Source: an uncultured Clostridia bacterium (GTDB lineage: Bacteria; Bacillota; Clostridia; Christensenellales; CAG-917). Taken from it: 64,000 nt of DNA. Below are positions 47,494 to 56,925 of the stretch, one piece after another. The stretch is taken from assembly GCA_963542015.1 (NCBI GenBank), contig CAUTUX010000007.1:3339-67338 (forward strand), given 5' to 3'. The notes under the pieces were generated by a model. It did no database searches and was not told where the DNA came from. It worked only from the letters and a program-made list of their open reading frames with translations. The first letter of the stretch is position 1; the number at the start of each line of letters is the position of its first letter. The position numbers were made by a program, and so were the translations under genes.

Positions 47494-47974
47494 ATGTCAG
47501 AAAATCAAAGTATTGAATATAAAAAATCATGGCACGATGAATATCTAAAGTGGATATGTGCCTTTGCAAATGCACAAATTGACAAGTAATACAAAAAACA
47601 TGCAATGAATGTACGGCATTAGGAGCTGAAATTCCACAATATGAATTAGCTGGCAACACATTACGAATACACTTAAAAGCATTAAAAAGTGCTTTGATTA
47701 ATGATTTCAAAGCACCAAAGCACCAAAGCACCAAAGCACCGCCTTACCAGGACATTATTTTATGAGTGCAGCAGATATTAATGATGATAAATTGATATCC
47801 AACATTAAAGAGATTATAAAAAATGAACCTTCTATTTTTCAAGATGCTATTGGCTTAAACCTTGGTATTAGTCGTAGGGTTGTACCAAACTACATTAATA
47901 TTCTTAGAAATGCTAACAAGATCATTCTATGGGAAGCAAACGAGACGGATATTGGAAAATTATTGATTAATTGA
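47494..47974 (+). pseudogene. decayed AlbA_2/Schlafen-type DNA-binding + HATPase_c_4 + wHTH regulator gene, broken into three reading frames with a large internal deletion
   Basis: Frame a (47494-47589, GGAGG SD): MSENQSIEYKKSWHDEYLKWICAFANAQIDK*, the AlbA_2 N-terminal motif. Frame a+2 (about 47601-47765): NECTALGAEIPQYELAGNTLRIHLK... resembles the end of the HATPase_c_4 domain. Frame a+1 (47762-47974): a wHTH tail, IIKNEPSIFQDAIGLNLGISRRVV.NYINILRNANKI. Intact family members are about 450-500 aa. Confidence 0.7.
47709..47740 (+). repeat. four perfect tandem copies of the 8-mer AAAGCACC inside the pseudogene
   Basis: Copies at 47709-47716, 47717-47724, 47725-47732 and 47733-47740. The unit length is not a multiple of 3, so a copy-number change shifts the frame. 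Confidence 0.95.
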
Positions 47975-48004
47975 TTTTTTAGATTTTCAATAAAATTCTT
48001 GGAA

Positions 48005-48044
48005 TTAAAAAATAAAACGGACTGTGGTTTTTGAGCAGTCCGTT
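48005..48044 (-). terminator. rho-independent terminator of the tRNA cluster
   Basis: Minus strand AACGGACTG-(loop CTCAAAAACCA)-CAGTCCGTT followed by TTATTTTTT. Confidence 0.8.
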
Positions 48045-48052
48045 TACTCTAT

Positions 48053-48137
<85 letters not shown>

Positions 48138-48140
48138 AAC

Positions 48141-48216
48141 TGGAGCTGGTGATCGGAATCGAACCAACAACCTGCTGATTACAAATCAGCTGCTCTGCCA
48201 ATTGAGCTACACCAGC
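48141..48216 (-). tRNA. tRNA-Thr (TGT)
   Basis: GCTGGTGTAGCTCAATTGGCAGAGC..., anticodon loop TTTGTAA, encoded CCA. Confidence 0.9.
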
Positions 48217-48229
48217 ATATATATTTATA

Positions 48230-48305
48230 TGGTGCCTCGAGACGGACTCGAACCATCGACACAAGGATTTTCAGTCCTATGCTCTACCAACTGAGCTACC
48301 GAGGC
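48230..48305 (-). tRNA. tRNA-Phe (GAA)
   Basis: GCCTCGGTAGCTCAGTTGGTAGAGC..., anticodon loop CTGAAAA, encoded CCA. Confidence 0.9.
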
Positions 48306-48311
48306 AAGCAT

Positions 48312-48388
48312 TGGCGACTCTGAGGGGGCTCGAACCCCTGACCTCCAGCGTGACAGGCTGGCGTACTAACCAACTGTACTACAGAGCC
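48312..48388 (-). tRNA. tRNA-Asp (GTC)
   Basis: GGCTCTGTAGTACAGTTGGTTAGTAC..., anticodon loop CTGTCAC, encoded CCA. Confidence 0.9.
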
Positions 48389-48399
48389 AAAAAATTTCA

Positions 48400-48476
48400 T
48401 GGTGGGCCTTCACGGACTCGAACCGCGGACCAATCGGTTATGAGCCGACCGCTCTAACCAACTGAGCTAAAGGCCC
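48400..48476 (-). tRNA. tRNA with CAT anticodon (elongator Met or lysidine-modified Ile2; not an initiator)
   Basis: GGGCCTTTAGCTCAGTTGGTTAGAGC..., anticodon loop CTCATAA, fully paired 1:72. It resembles Bacillus tRNA-Ile2(CAU), but sequence alone cannot decide. Confidence 0.85.
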
Positions 48477-48484
48477 TGAAATTT

Positions 48485-48561
<77 letters not shown>

Positions 48562-48597
48562 ACATTGAATTTTATTCCTCTTCTCGAAGACTAATAA

Positions 48598-48626
48598 AGT
48601 ATATAATTGACATCTATAAGTGTCAA
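48598..48626 (-). promoter_or_regulatory. promoter of the six-tRNA cluster: TTGACA-17-TATACT
   Basis: -35 at 48626..48621 and -10 at 48603..48598. tRNA-Pro 5' end is at 48561. Confidence 0.6.
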
Positions 48627-48665
48627 GCTTTCATATCCACTAATTTAAACTTTTTTGCTAATCGT

Positions 48666-49139
48666 TTAAATTAGTTTTTCTACTTCTTTGTCTATCTTTT
48701 CAGGGGTTGTTGCAGGTCCGAATCTCTTTACAATTTTCCCATCTCTTGCTACCAGGAATTTTGTAAAGTTCCATTTAATCTTACTGCCTCCAAACCCTTT
48801 TTGTTGTTCTTTTAAATATGTATACAATGGCTCTTCATTTTTGCCGTTAACTTCAATTTTTGCAAATTGCTTAAAAGAGATATTGTATTTTGATGTACAG
48901 AATGTATGAATCTGCTCTGCTGTTCCTGGAGCTTGTCCTAGAAATTGATTGCAAGGGAAATCAAGTATTTCAAATCCCTTATCTTTATACTTCTTATACA
49001 TTGCTTCCAATCCAGCATATTGTGGAGTAAAACCACATCCAGTTGCGGTGTTAACAATTAGAAGCACTTTATCTTTGTAGTCTGAAAGTGAAACTTCATT
49101 ATTGTCCATATCTTTTACTTTATAATCATATATATTCAT
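48666..49139 (-). CDS. glutathione peroxidase family protein (Cys type)
   Basis: 157 aa. NTATGCGFTPQY active site (Cys, no in-frame TGA) and the WNFTKFLV motif. Confidence 0.9.
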   Translation of the reverse strand: MNIYDYKVKDMDNNEVSLSDYKDKVLLIVNTATGCGFTPQYAGLEAMYKKYKDKGFEILDFPCNQFLGQAPGTAEQIHTFCTSKYNISFKQFAKIEVNGKNEEPLYTYLKEQQKGFGGSKIKWNFTKFLVARDGKIVKRFGPATTPEKIDKEVEKLI

Positions 49140-49160
49140 TTGCTACCTCTGCTAACTTAT

Positions 49161-49190
49161 ATTTTATTTGTATTTAACTGTTATTGTCAA
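49161..49190 (-). promoter_or_regulatory. promoter TTGACA-18-TAAAAT for the peroxidase gene
   Basis: -35 at 49190..49185 and -10 at 49166..49161. An AGAGG SD precedes ATG 49139. Confidence 0.45.
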
Positions 49191-49282
49191 ATTTGCTCTG
49201 CTGATGCTAAATTTCCCTGTCTTTAATTTACAATATTACTTAATTAAATTAAAATTAAATGTATATTTTCTTTGGAGCTTGA

Positions 49283-50929
49283 ATGAATTTACTTTCAAAA
49301 TTTTTAAACAAAACTGATTTTGAAAATTATGATGATTTTAAAAAATTATCACTCTCTTTTAATGAAGATTTTAATTTTGCATATGATGTCACTGATGAAT
49401 ATGCAAAGATAAGCCCAGACAAAATGGCACTTGTTTGGTGTAATTCTGATGAAGAAGAAAAGTTTTTCACATTTAAAGAAATGTCAGAACAATCAAATAA
49501 ACTTGCAAATGCAATGCATAAAATGGGTCTACAACCAGGCGACAGCATTATTACTATGCTAAATAGACGCTGGGAATACTGGATTGTATTAAATGCGTGC
49601 TGTAAAGTTGGTGTAACTATAATTCCAGCAACCCATCTTCTCACTCCAAAAGATATTGCCTATAGATGCAACAGTGCAGGTGCTAAATATTTATTTGCAA
49701 CAAGTGAACCTGATCTTATTGAGCATATAAACTACGCTCTAGGTAAATGTTCAACAATCAAAGAATGCTTTTACACTAAAAAAGTTAAAGGCTTTAAGAC
49801 TATTGAGGATTTAGTAAAAAAACAAAATAAGGATTTAAATCCTGAAATTAAAAGACCTGATTCACATGGCAACATGTTATGCTATTTTACTTCTGGAACA
49901 ACTGGAATGCCTAAGATGGTACAGCATAATTACTACTACCCTCTTGGACACATAATAACTGCAAAATATTGGCAAAAAGTACTTGATGATGGTCTTCACT
50001 TTACCATGGCAGAAACAGGATGGGCAAAGTGTAGCTGGGGTAAGATTTTTGGGCAATGGATTGCTGGCAGTGCAGTATTCGCATATGACTACAATGGAAG
50101 ATTTACTCCAACAGATATTTTACCGTTATTAAAAAAATATAATATAACCACATTTTGTGCACCTCCAACAATTTATAGATTTTTAATAAAAGAGGATTTG
50201 TCACAATATGACTTTTCAAGTTTAAAACACTCCTCTACAGCTGGTGAGGCACTTAATCCAGAAGTATTTAAACAATATTACAGACTTACTGGACAAAAGA
50301 TATATGAAGGGTTTGGGCAAACGGAAACAACAGTTATTCTTGGAAACTTCGCATTTTCAAAAATGAAGCTCGGTTCATTAGGGCTTCCAAGTCCTATTTA
50401 TGATGTTGAATTACTTGATGATGAAGGAAATATTGTGCCAAATGGAACAGTTGGGGAAATATCAATACGAATAAAAAAGAATCAGGTTGGACTTGTTGCG
50501 AATTATAAAGATGATCCCGAATTAACTCAAAAAGCTTTAGGCGGTGAATTCTACAGAACTGGAGATCTTGCATCTACAGATCCAGACGGATACTTCTGGT
50601 TTGAAGGTAGGAAAGACGATATTATAAAATCTAGTGGATATCGTATAGGACCATACGAAGTTGAATCAGCACTTATGGAACACGCATCAGTTTTAGAATG
50701 TGCAATAACTGGAGTTCCAGATCCAGTCCGAGGACAAATTGTTAAGGCAACAATTGTACTTCATAAGAAATTCCAACCAAGCGAAGAACTTAAAAAAGAA
50801 TTGCAGAATTATGTAAAGTCTGTAACGGCACCATATAAATATCCAAGAATAATTGAGTTTGTCGATGAACTTCCAAAAACAACATCTGGGAAAATAAGAC
50901 ATGTCGAAATAAGGAATAGAGATAAATAA
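49283..50929 (+). CDS. AMP-forming acyl-CoA synthetase (medium-chain/ACSM-like)
   Basis: 548 aa. AMP-binding motif YFTSGTTGMPK, YGQTE-like GFGQTET, and GDLASTDPDGYFWFEGRKDD. Confidence 0.85.
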   Translation: MNLLSKFLNKTDFENYDDFKKLSLSFNEDFNFAYDVTDEYAKISPDKMALVWCNSDEEEKFFTFKEMSEQSNKLANAMHKMGLQPGDSIITMLNRRWEYWIVLNACCKVGVTIIPATHLLTPKDIAYRCNSAGAKYLFATSEPDLIEHINYALGKCSTIKECFYTKKVKGFKTIEDLVKKQNKDLNPEIKRPDSHGNMLCYFTSGTTGMPKMVQHNYYYPLGHIITAKYWQKVLDDGLHFTMAETGWAKCSWGKIFGQWIAGSAVFAYDYNGRFTPTDILPLLKKYNITTFCAPPTIYRFLIKEDLSQYDFSSLKHSSTAGEALNPEVFKQYYRLTGQKIYEGFGQTETTVILGNFAFSKMKLGSLGLPSPIYDVELLDDEGNIVPNGTVGEISIRIKKNQVGLVANYKDDPELTQKALGGEFYRTGDLASTDPDGYFWFEGRKDDIIKSSGYRIGPYEVESALMEHASVLECAITGVPDPVRGQIVKATIVLHKKFQPSEELKKELQNYVKSVTAPYKYPRIIEFVDELPKTTSGKIRHVEIRNRDK

Positions 50930-50973
50930 TACCTCTACTCCAAATTCTCTTTATTTACTAAATACCTATATTA

Positions 50974-51915
50974 TTATTTCTTTCTAGAAATTGCCTTTTC
51001 AGCTTTAGCAACTATATCATCTACTGTTAGGTTAAATACTTGAGACAAATACGCTTGCTTCCCAACTTCTCCAAATTTATCGATAACGCCAATGCGTTCA
51101 ATTGCTACAGGATACTGCTCTGCACAGACTTCTGATACCGCACTATTTAAGCCACCAAATACACTATGATTTTCACATGTTACAAGTGCTCCAGTCTTTT
51201 TTGCTAGAGCAACAATAGCCTTATCATCTATTGGTTTCCATGTATGTATATTCAGTACCTCAGCTTTAATACCTTTACTCTTGAGTATTTCTGCAGCTTC
51301 TAAAGCTCTTGAAACCATAATACCTGAGGCTATAATTCCGACATCATTTCCTTTTACTAAAGTACAGGCTTTGCCCAATTTAAAATCAAGACTATCATCA
51401 TATATCTTCTCAGCTTTCTTTCTAAACATTCTGATATATACAGGTCCATTATGGCTTATAATCTCAGGCAAGGCTTTTTTAAGCATTGTAGCGTCTGTTG
51501 GTTCAAAAACTACCATTTTAGGTATAGCTCTCATTAATGTCATATCCTCAAAAGTCATGTGTGTTCCTCCATTAGCTTCAGCCATAATTCCAGGATCGCT
51601 TCCTACAATCTTAACTGGCTGTTTTGCATATGCTACAGATATAAATATCTGGTCATAACATCTTCTTGTTGCAAATGGTGCAAAGCTATATATGAATGGA
51701 ATCTTACCCATCGCAGCCATACCAGCAGCAACACCAACCATATTAGCTTCTGCAATCCCTACATTTATAAATCTATCAGGGAATTCCTGTTTAAAACATT
51801 TCGTTGCATGACAACTCATTAAATCCGCATCCAATACAACAATTCTATTGTCATCTTTTGCATATTTTACTAGCTCTTCAGCCATTGTTTGTCTTACTTC
51901 TTTTTCGTCTAACAT
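50974..51915 (-). CDS. transketolase, C-terminal (pyrimidine-binding) subunit
   Basis: 313 aa from ATG 51915, with GGAGG 8 nt upstream and a TAATG overlap with the upstream subunit. The track start at 51945 is rejected. Split transketolase as in many anaerobes. Confidence 0.9.
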   Translation of the reverse strand: MLDEKEVRQTMAEELVKYAKDDNRIVVLDADLMSCHATKCFKQEFPDRFINVGIAEANMVGVAAGMAAMGKIPFIYSFAPFATRRCYDQIFISVAYAKQPVKIVGSDPGIMAEANGGTHMTFEDMTLMRAIPKMVVFEPTDATMLKKALPEIISHNGPVYIRMFRKKAEKIYDDSLDFKLGKACTLVKGNDVGIIASGIMVSRALEAAEILKSKGIKAEVLNIHTWKPIDDKAIVALAKKTGALVTCENHSVFGGLNSAVSEVCAEQYPVAIERIGVIDKFGEVGKQAYLSQVFNLTVDDIVAKAEKAISRKK

Positions 51916-52733
51916 TATTTGTTCCTCCCCGTTTCTTTTCTCCACAATTCTTCCGAAATTGGCATACTATGACAATTGGCTACGCCTTCTGTGAAGGAAG
52001 CTCCTTTACCCTTAATTGTTCTTAAAATTATCATTGTAGGCTTTGATTTCTCTTTATTAGCCTTATCGAGTGCATCTGATATTTCACTCAAATTGTGTCC
52101 ATCAATATCAATTACATTAAAATTAAATGCTTTCCACTTATCTGCAATCGGCTCAAGACCATTAACCTCTTCAACAGGACCGTCCAATTGCATTTTATTG
52201 CTATCAAGGAGAACTATAAGGTTGTTAAGCTTCTTGCTTCCTGCAAGCATGGCAGCTTCCCAAATTTGTCCTTCTTGGCTTTCTCCATCACCAATAAAGC
52301 AGTATATTTTAGATGGCAGTTTATCTAATTTTACAGCTATTGCCATTCCAACTGCTGCTGATAACCCTTGACCCAAAGATCCAGCAGTCATATCAATTCC
52401 AGGTGTTTTATTCATGTCACAGTGAGATGGTAGGTTGGTTCCATTCTGATTTAATGTTGTCATCCATTCTTTAGGGAAAAATCCCAAATCACACAATACG
52501 GCATACATCGCTGGACCAGCATGTCCCTTTGACATTATTACCCTATCTCTATCTGCCTTTTTGGGATCCTTAGGATCTATATTCGCTTTGTCATAATAAA
52601 TACATGTCAAAGCATCCATAACCGACATGGAACCACCTATATGTCCCACCCCAAAGTGCCCTATTATTTCAATACAATCATGACGCAGTTTTAATGCCTT
52701 CTCTTCCAGAAATTTCAACTTTTGCTTATTCAT
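51915..52733 (-). CDS. transketolase, N-terminal (TPP-binding) subunit
   Basis: 272 aa from ATG 52733, preceded by GGGGAGG. GHIGGSMS, SKGHAGPA and GDGESQEG motifs. Confidence 0.9.
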   Translation of the reverse strand: MNKQKLKFLEEKALKLRHDCIEIIGHFGVGHIGGSMSVMDALTCIYYDKANIDPKDPKKADRDRVIMSKGHAGPAMYAVLCDLGFFPKEWMTTLNQNGTNLPSHCDMNKTPGIDMTAGSLGQGLSAAVGMAIAVKLDKLPSKIYCFIGDGESQEGQIWEAAMLAGSKKLNNLIVLLDSNKMQLDGPVEEVNGLEPIADKWKAFNFNVIDIDGHNLSEISDALDKANKEKSKPTMIILRTIKGKGASFTEGVANCHSMPISEELWRKETGRNK

Positions 52734-52796
52734 ATTTCCTCCCCGAAACATCTTAATTATACCCTAACCAATGACCCCATTCAATGGCATTTTAAA

Positions 52797-52827
52797 GCAA
52801 AAAAAGACAGCCCCGAGAGGCTGTCTT
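52797..52827 (-). terminator. strong rho-independent terminator after the surface-protein operon
   Basis: Minus strand AAGACAGCC-TCTCGG-GGCTGTCTT followed by TTTTTTGC. It begins 24 nt after the TAA at 52851. Confidence 0.85.
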
Positions 52828-52850
52828 AATTACGCTTTAATATTTATTAA

Positions 52851-55800
52851 TTATGTCTCCCATTTTGGATATAGCGTACGGTCTTGTCCATCGTACAACC
52901 TATAATAAGCATATTCTTCAGGTACACTAATAGGATCATTTGGATCTGAATAGGAACTAGTCTCACCAAAATAAAATTTGTATTCACTACTACCTTGTTT
53001 ATAATACCATCCATCAAATTCTTTTCCATTTTTTGGACCTAATTTTGGTTCATCCTCTTGCTGTAAATAATCACCTATTTTATACTCTAGTACAGCAGGA
53101 TTAGAACCTATAACCCTGTGTCTTGTATTAGGAATTTCTCCCGTATAACCACTATTAGTCATATTTAAAGTTAATCTTCCTCTTTTTAACTTATGATATG
53201 TGACTTTTATATCTTCTGATATGAAGGGTTTTATCGTATACTCAAAATCTTTATCTACCTTTTTCCCATCTACTTCAATGTCAACGCCACCTGACTCATC
53301 AAAGGCATTGTCACCCACAGCATGGAGTCCATAATATGGAGGGCTATAATACTCTTCACTAAGGTTACTAAGAAATGAAGTATACTTATAATTACTCATT
53401 AATTCTCTAATCTTAACCTTGTCTCCTTCAGTGTAATTTCTATCTAGGTTTACGGTACTGTAACTTACTATTCTATTAGTACCCACATCACTATCCTCTC
53501 CATATACAGATATTTCTTTATGTATAAAACGTGTATAATCGTATGTAGTATACAAATTAACCAATGAATATTTTGTATTAGATTCAAATTCATATTCGAA
53601 AAATTTAGAATTTATCATAGAATCATCGCTAGGTCCATCTGCTTTACTTATAGCTTCCTTACGAAAATATTTTGGATAGTAGTTTTCTATCTCATTAGGG
53701 TCTGTAGTCCAATATTTAAAGAATGACCAGTTGCTAAATTCAAACTCTCCATCGCTCTTTTTATATCTACCGTAGTCTGGAGCATACACTTTTGTATAAG
53801 ACTGCCCATATTTATATATTTTATACAATATACTCGCTTCACCTGTATTAGCAATTTCATATGTCCAGGCATAATTATATTTGAATTTAACAAGTTTGCG
53901 ATAGACATCATATTTAAATAATAAATTTGTTTCTGAAAACATTAATTCGCCCGTATTATTTTTAAGCTTTACTTGTTCTTTTCTAAATGGATCTTTTTCA
54001 TTAATCAAATTAAATGTTGAATCAATTAATGCTGAATTATCAATTACCATGCCATCCTGTCCGTCAAACGGGATTTTAACAATGGCAATCTTAAATTTAT
54101 TTGAACCAACAACATAACCTTCACTAATACCATCCGTAAATGTTGACGGATCCTCTTCTGGTTTGCCTTCGGATGTTTCAAACATTGTCTCAGCATATAC
54201 CTCTGTTTCTATAGCATTCCATCTCGAATACAATTTTAAACTTTCATCAAAATATAGTTCATCATTCAATTTAAATTCTGCAAAATCAAGTACTTTGTTA
54301 TCATTTGCTTTTAAACTCCACCCTCTAAATGTAGATTTAAAGTGTTGATTTGTAACGGGGTGTTTACTATTAAGTGTAAAATTTGAAGGTCTCAAACTAG
54401 CATCTAATTTTTGACCGAATATTGTTGCAAATGTAGTTGGTAAGGTTGCTGTGCCTTCTGATGCTTTTGCATTTATCGGTGTGACTGTTCCTCTCAATCT
54501 TGAAAAATAGAACTTTAATACCTTTGTCGTTTTTCCCTTTGCCCTATACTTGAACTCTCCACCTTCTTCATTTATATCCCCATCTTTCAGTGTCTTTGTT
54601 TTATCAAATTTAAACCCTATAAAATTAACTCCAGCTACTGGATTCCCTGATTTCTTAGTGTAAGGTGTTAGGTCAATAGCAGTACCTGCCTTAAATTTTC
54701 CATTTATAGGACCTTCAATAGACTTTTCACTTTTTTCAGAATGCCCATCTGCTTGTGTTTCTTCAGCATTTAAATCTTCCGTATATATCTGAGCATTTAC
54801 TTCAATAAGTCTCTTACTGAAATACATATTAACTTCTTTTGAACTCTTATTCTCCACTTTAAATATATACTTGTTGTCTGCGTTCTTTGTAACTCCAACT
54901 TTTGTTGTCTCTTCAGAATTAAATTCGTATACTTCGTCATCAATTTCAGTTATTGTATTTCCAGTTGTCTTTGTATATTCCGTTACATCAATCTCTTCTC
55001 CCGCCTTATATTCCTTATCCAATTCTTTAGAACCAGCTTTCTCATAGTTGCCGTTGTTTTCTTTATAAACATTAACCGTTACCTTCGTCTTTTGTCTGCT
55101 GAAGTATACTTTTGCCGTTACACTCTTCTCTGTCACCTTATACTCAAACTTCCCTGCGTTCTCAGTTAAATTCGCATCTTCAAGAGTTTTTTCCTTATTA
55201 AAATCATACTTATCAAATTCAGCTGTGAATGGATTCCCAACTGTCTTTGTGTAGTTGGTGATATCAGCAACATCTTCTAAATTCCACTTTTCCCCTGTTG
55301 CCTTTTCAAGTTGGGCTGTATGAACTTCTTCATATTCTCCATCAAGTTTTTCAAATAATAACTTTATGTTTACATCTATCTTAGTTATATCTTCACTAAC
55401 AACTGCTTTTAGAACTAATGTCTCACTATCAAGATACTTTTCATTGAATATAAACTCACCACTTTGAACTTTTGTTCCTTTAAATTTGCCTTCTTGAATT
55501 TCCCAATGTGAGAAATCTTTTCCGCTTGTTGTCTTATCCAATGCTGGTAGATTAATTTTGTCTCCAAATTTATATATTTTATTCAACCCTAATCTGGCAT
55601 AGTCAGCAGTTTCAAGCTCTGCTCCATTTTCACTTTGAAGTGTTAAAGTCTTTTCTTTTCGTATGTACTTGAATGTGATTTTGTATTCTTTTGTCTTTGT
55701 GATTTCTATTTCATTATCAATAACAGGATTCATACCAATAAATGTGCCCTCTAACTCATACCCTACATTTGTCTCATCTTTTGTCTTACTTGGTCTGAAT

Positions 55801-56915
55801 TTTTCTTCATTAAAGTTTTTGTTTAGTAACTCATACTGACTGATATTTATCTTGCTATTCTTTGATACAAATCTTGTTTCACTTGTTTTAGCTAACTTGA
55901 GAAAATCTTCATTATATTTATTTGTATCATACTCAAATTCATATTTAAGAATGAATTTTGCCTTAACTTTACCTTCTCCAACAAGATACAAATAAACAGA
56001 GCCTTGGACATCCTCTATTTCATTCTTCTTATAAATGTCTGTTGGATTGTATTCTTGTTGTATTGAATCAGTGTCATATTTATATATTTCCATGTACTTT
56101 TCTTGCAAAGATGAAAGATCAAATAGCCCGCCTTTTTTAATAACATCTAATTTCTTTAAAATTCTTTTGTTATCATCAATTTCGTATTGTCTAATCTGGT
56201 ACACTTTATTGGATGACTTATCATTCTTCATATAAAGATGTAATCCATTTGATTTGTTTATGTCCGCTTTCAACTTGTTAAACTGAGCTCCCTTATATTC
56301 CATAATTTCATCTTTATCAAGGAACAACGGCTCATTTTCATTATTCGTTACCAAATCATATTCTGAAATATCAAACTTATTCTTTAGAATACTATTTCTG
56401 CTGTTTATAGCTTTCTTTATAGTGCTGTATTTAGGATTTTCAGCTAAGGTTGCTTTCTTAATTGAGAATACTTCTTTGTCATTTTCATCAGTTCCGAACA
56501 ATATATTCTTCCAATCTACTTTGAACTTAACTTTCTTATTCTTCTTGTGAAGTGTTTCTCTATATTTATATTCAAGTTCAATTTCTTTAGTTTCAGAGCT
56601 TAGAACGAAATCCCCATCAAGTTTAAACTTCTTCATTGTTCTATTGCTATCTTTAAAGAGCTCTTTATAACTGATTGCAATCTTCCCATTTTTATCCTTC
56701 TTTGTTGCGAACTCGGCTGCAAGATTGCTATCAATATCTGGTGTAAATGTTCTGTTCTTAAAATCCAGTTTTCCATATTTTTGCTGTATGACATTAACAC
56801 CAGATTCACTTCCAAGTGTTCCCGCTACGGTTGCTAATATTAATGCCATAAGTCCTAACAATATTAATGTTATTAGAACTCCTAATTTAAATTTCTTTTT
56901 AGGTACTATTGTCAT
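52851..56915 (-). CDS. 1354-aa N-terminally membrane-anchored, repeat-rich surface protein (putative adhesin) with Listeria-Bacteroides-repeat-like (Flg_new) motifs
   Basis: Start at ATG 56915, with GGAGG 6 nt upstream; the track TTG at 56939 is rejected. TM helix KLGVLITLILLGLMALILATVAG, then about 1300 aa rich in K/E/Y/N/T. Four x-F-x-G/N/H-W motifs (FSHWEI, FRGWSL, FSNWSF, FDGWYY), as in the Y-x-F-x-G-W core of PF09479. Three tandem roughly 100-aa repeats. No LPXTG. Confidence 0.75.
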   Translation of the reverse strand: MTIVPKKKFKLGVLITLILLGLMALILATVAGTLGSESGVNVIQQKYGKLDFKNRTFTPDIDSNLAAEFATKKDKNGKIAISYKELFKDSNRTMKKFKLDGDFVLSSETKEIELEYKYRETLHKKNKKVKFKVDWKNILFGTDENDKEVFSIKKATLAENPKYSTIKKAINSRNSILKNKFDISEYDLVTNNENEPLFLDKDEIMEYKGAQFNKLKADINKSNGLHLYMKNDKSSNKVYQIRQYEIDDNKRILKKLDVIKKGGLFDLSSLQEKYMEIYKYDTDSIQQEYNPTDIYKKNEIEDVQGSVYLYLVGEGKVKAKFILKYEFEYDTNKYNEDFLKLAKTSETRFVSKNSKINISQYELLNKNFNEEKFRPSKTKDETNVGYELEGTFIGMNPVIDNEIEITKTKEYKITFKYIRKEKTLTLQSENGAELETADYARLGLNKIYKFGDKINLPALDKTTSGKDFSHWEIQEGKFKGTKVQSGEFIFNEKYLDSETLVLKAVVSEDITKIDVNIKLLFEKLDGEYEEVHTAQLEKATGEKWNLEDVADITNYTKTVGNPFTAEFDKYDFNKEKTLEDANLTENAGKFEYKVTEKSVTAKVYFSRQKTKVTVNVYKENNGNYEKAGSKELDKEYKAGEEIDVTEYTKTTGNTITEIDDEVYEFNSEETTKVGVTKNADNKYIFKVENKSSKEVNMYFSKRLIEVNAQIYTEDLNAEETQADGHSEKSEKSIEGPINGKFKAGTAIDLTPYTKKSGNPVAGVNFIGFKFDKTKTLKDGDINEEGGEFKYRAKGKTTKVLKFYFSRLRGTVTPINAKASEGTATLPTTFATIFGQKLDASLRPSNFTLNSKHPVTNQHFKSTFRGWSLKANDNKVLDFAEFKLNDELYFDESLKLYSRWNAIETEVYAETMFETSEGKPEEDPSTFTDGISEGYVVGSNKFKIAIVKIPFDGQDGMVIDNSALIDSTFNLINEKDPFRKEQVKLKNNTGELMFSETNLLFKYDVYRKLVKFKYNYAWTYEIANTGEASILYKIYKYGQSYTKVYAPDYGRYKKSDGEFEFSNWSFFKYWTTDPNEIENYYPKYFRKEAISKADGPSDDSMINSKFFEYEFESNTKYSLVNLYTTYDYTRFIHKEISVYGEDSDVGTNRIVSYSTVNLDRNYTEGDKVKIRELMSNYKYTSFLSNLSEEYYSPPYYGLHAVGDNAFDESGGVDIEVDGKKVDKDFEYTIKPFISEDIKVTYHKLKRGRLTLNMTNSGYTGEIPNTRHRVIGSNPAVLEYKIGDYLQQEDEPKLGPKNGKEFDGWYYKQGSSEYKFYFGETSSYSDPNDPISVPEEYAYYRLYDGQDRTLYPKWET
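54495..55382 (-). repeat. three tandem roughly 94-105-aa protein-level repeats within the surface protein
   Basis: Each unit starts with a beta-strand-like V-x-V/I-x-V/I-Y and ends in YFS(R/K)(Q/R/L): KIDVNIKLLFEKLDGEYEE...AKVYFSRQ / KTKVTVNVYKENNGNYEK...VNMYFSKR / LIEVNAQIYTEDLNAEE...LKFYFSRL. The shared internal T-x-YTK-x-xGN motif is also present. Similarity is at the protein level, not the DNA level. Confidence 0.7.
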
Positions 56916-56925
56916 TTTGATCCTC

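Noticed and set aside
47471-47734. 87-aa minus-strand ORF
   Set aside because: It is antisense to the decayed AlbA_2-type pseudogene and runs through the 8-mer repeat. It has no SD and no recognisable motif. The plus-strand fragments explain the region better.
47709-47740. CRISPR array or other spacer-repeat structure
   Set aside because: It has only four contiguous 8-nt units with no spacers. No repeat-spacer architecture occurs anywhere in the window, and no cas genes are present.
48666-49139. Selenocysteine in the glutathione peroxidase homologue
   Set aside because: The active-site residue is an ordinary Cys codon (NTATGCGFT), with no in-frame TGA and no SECIS-like hairpin.
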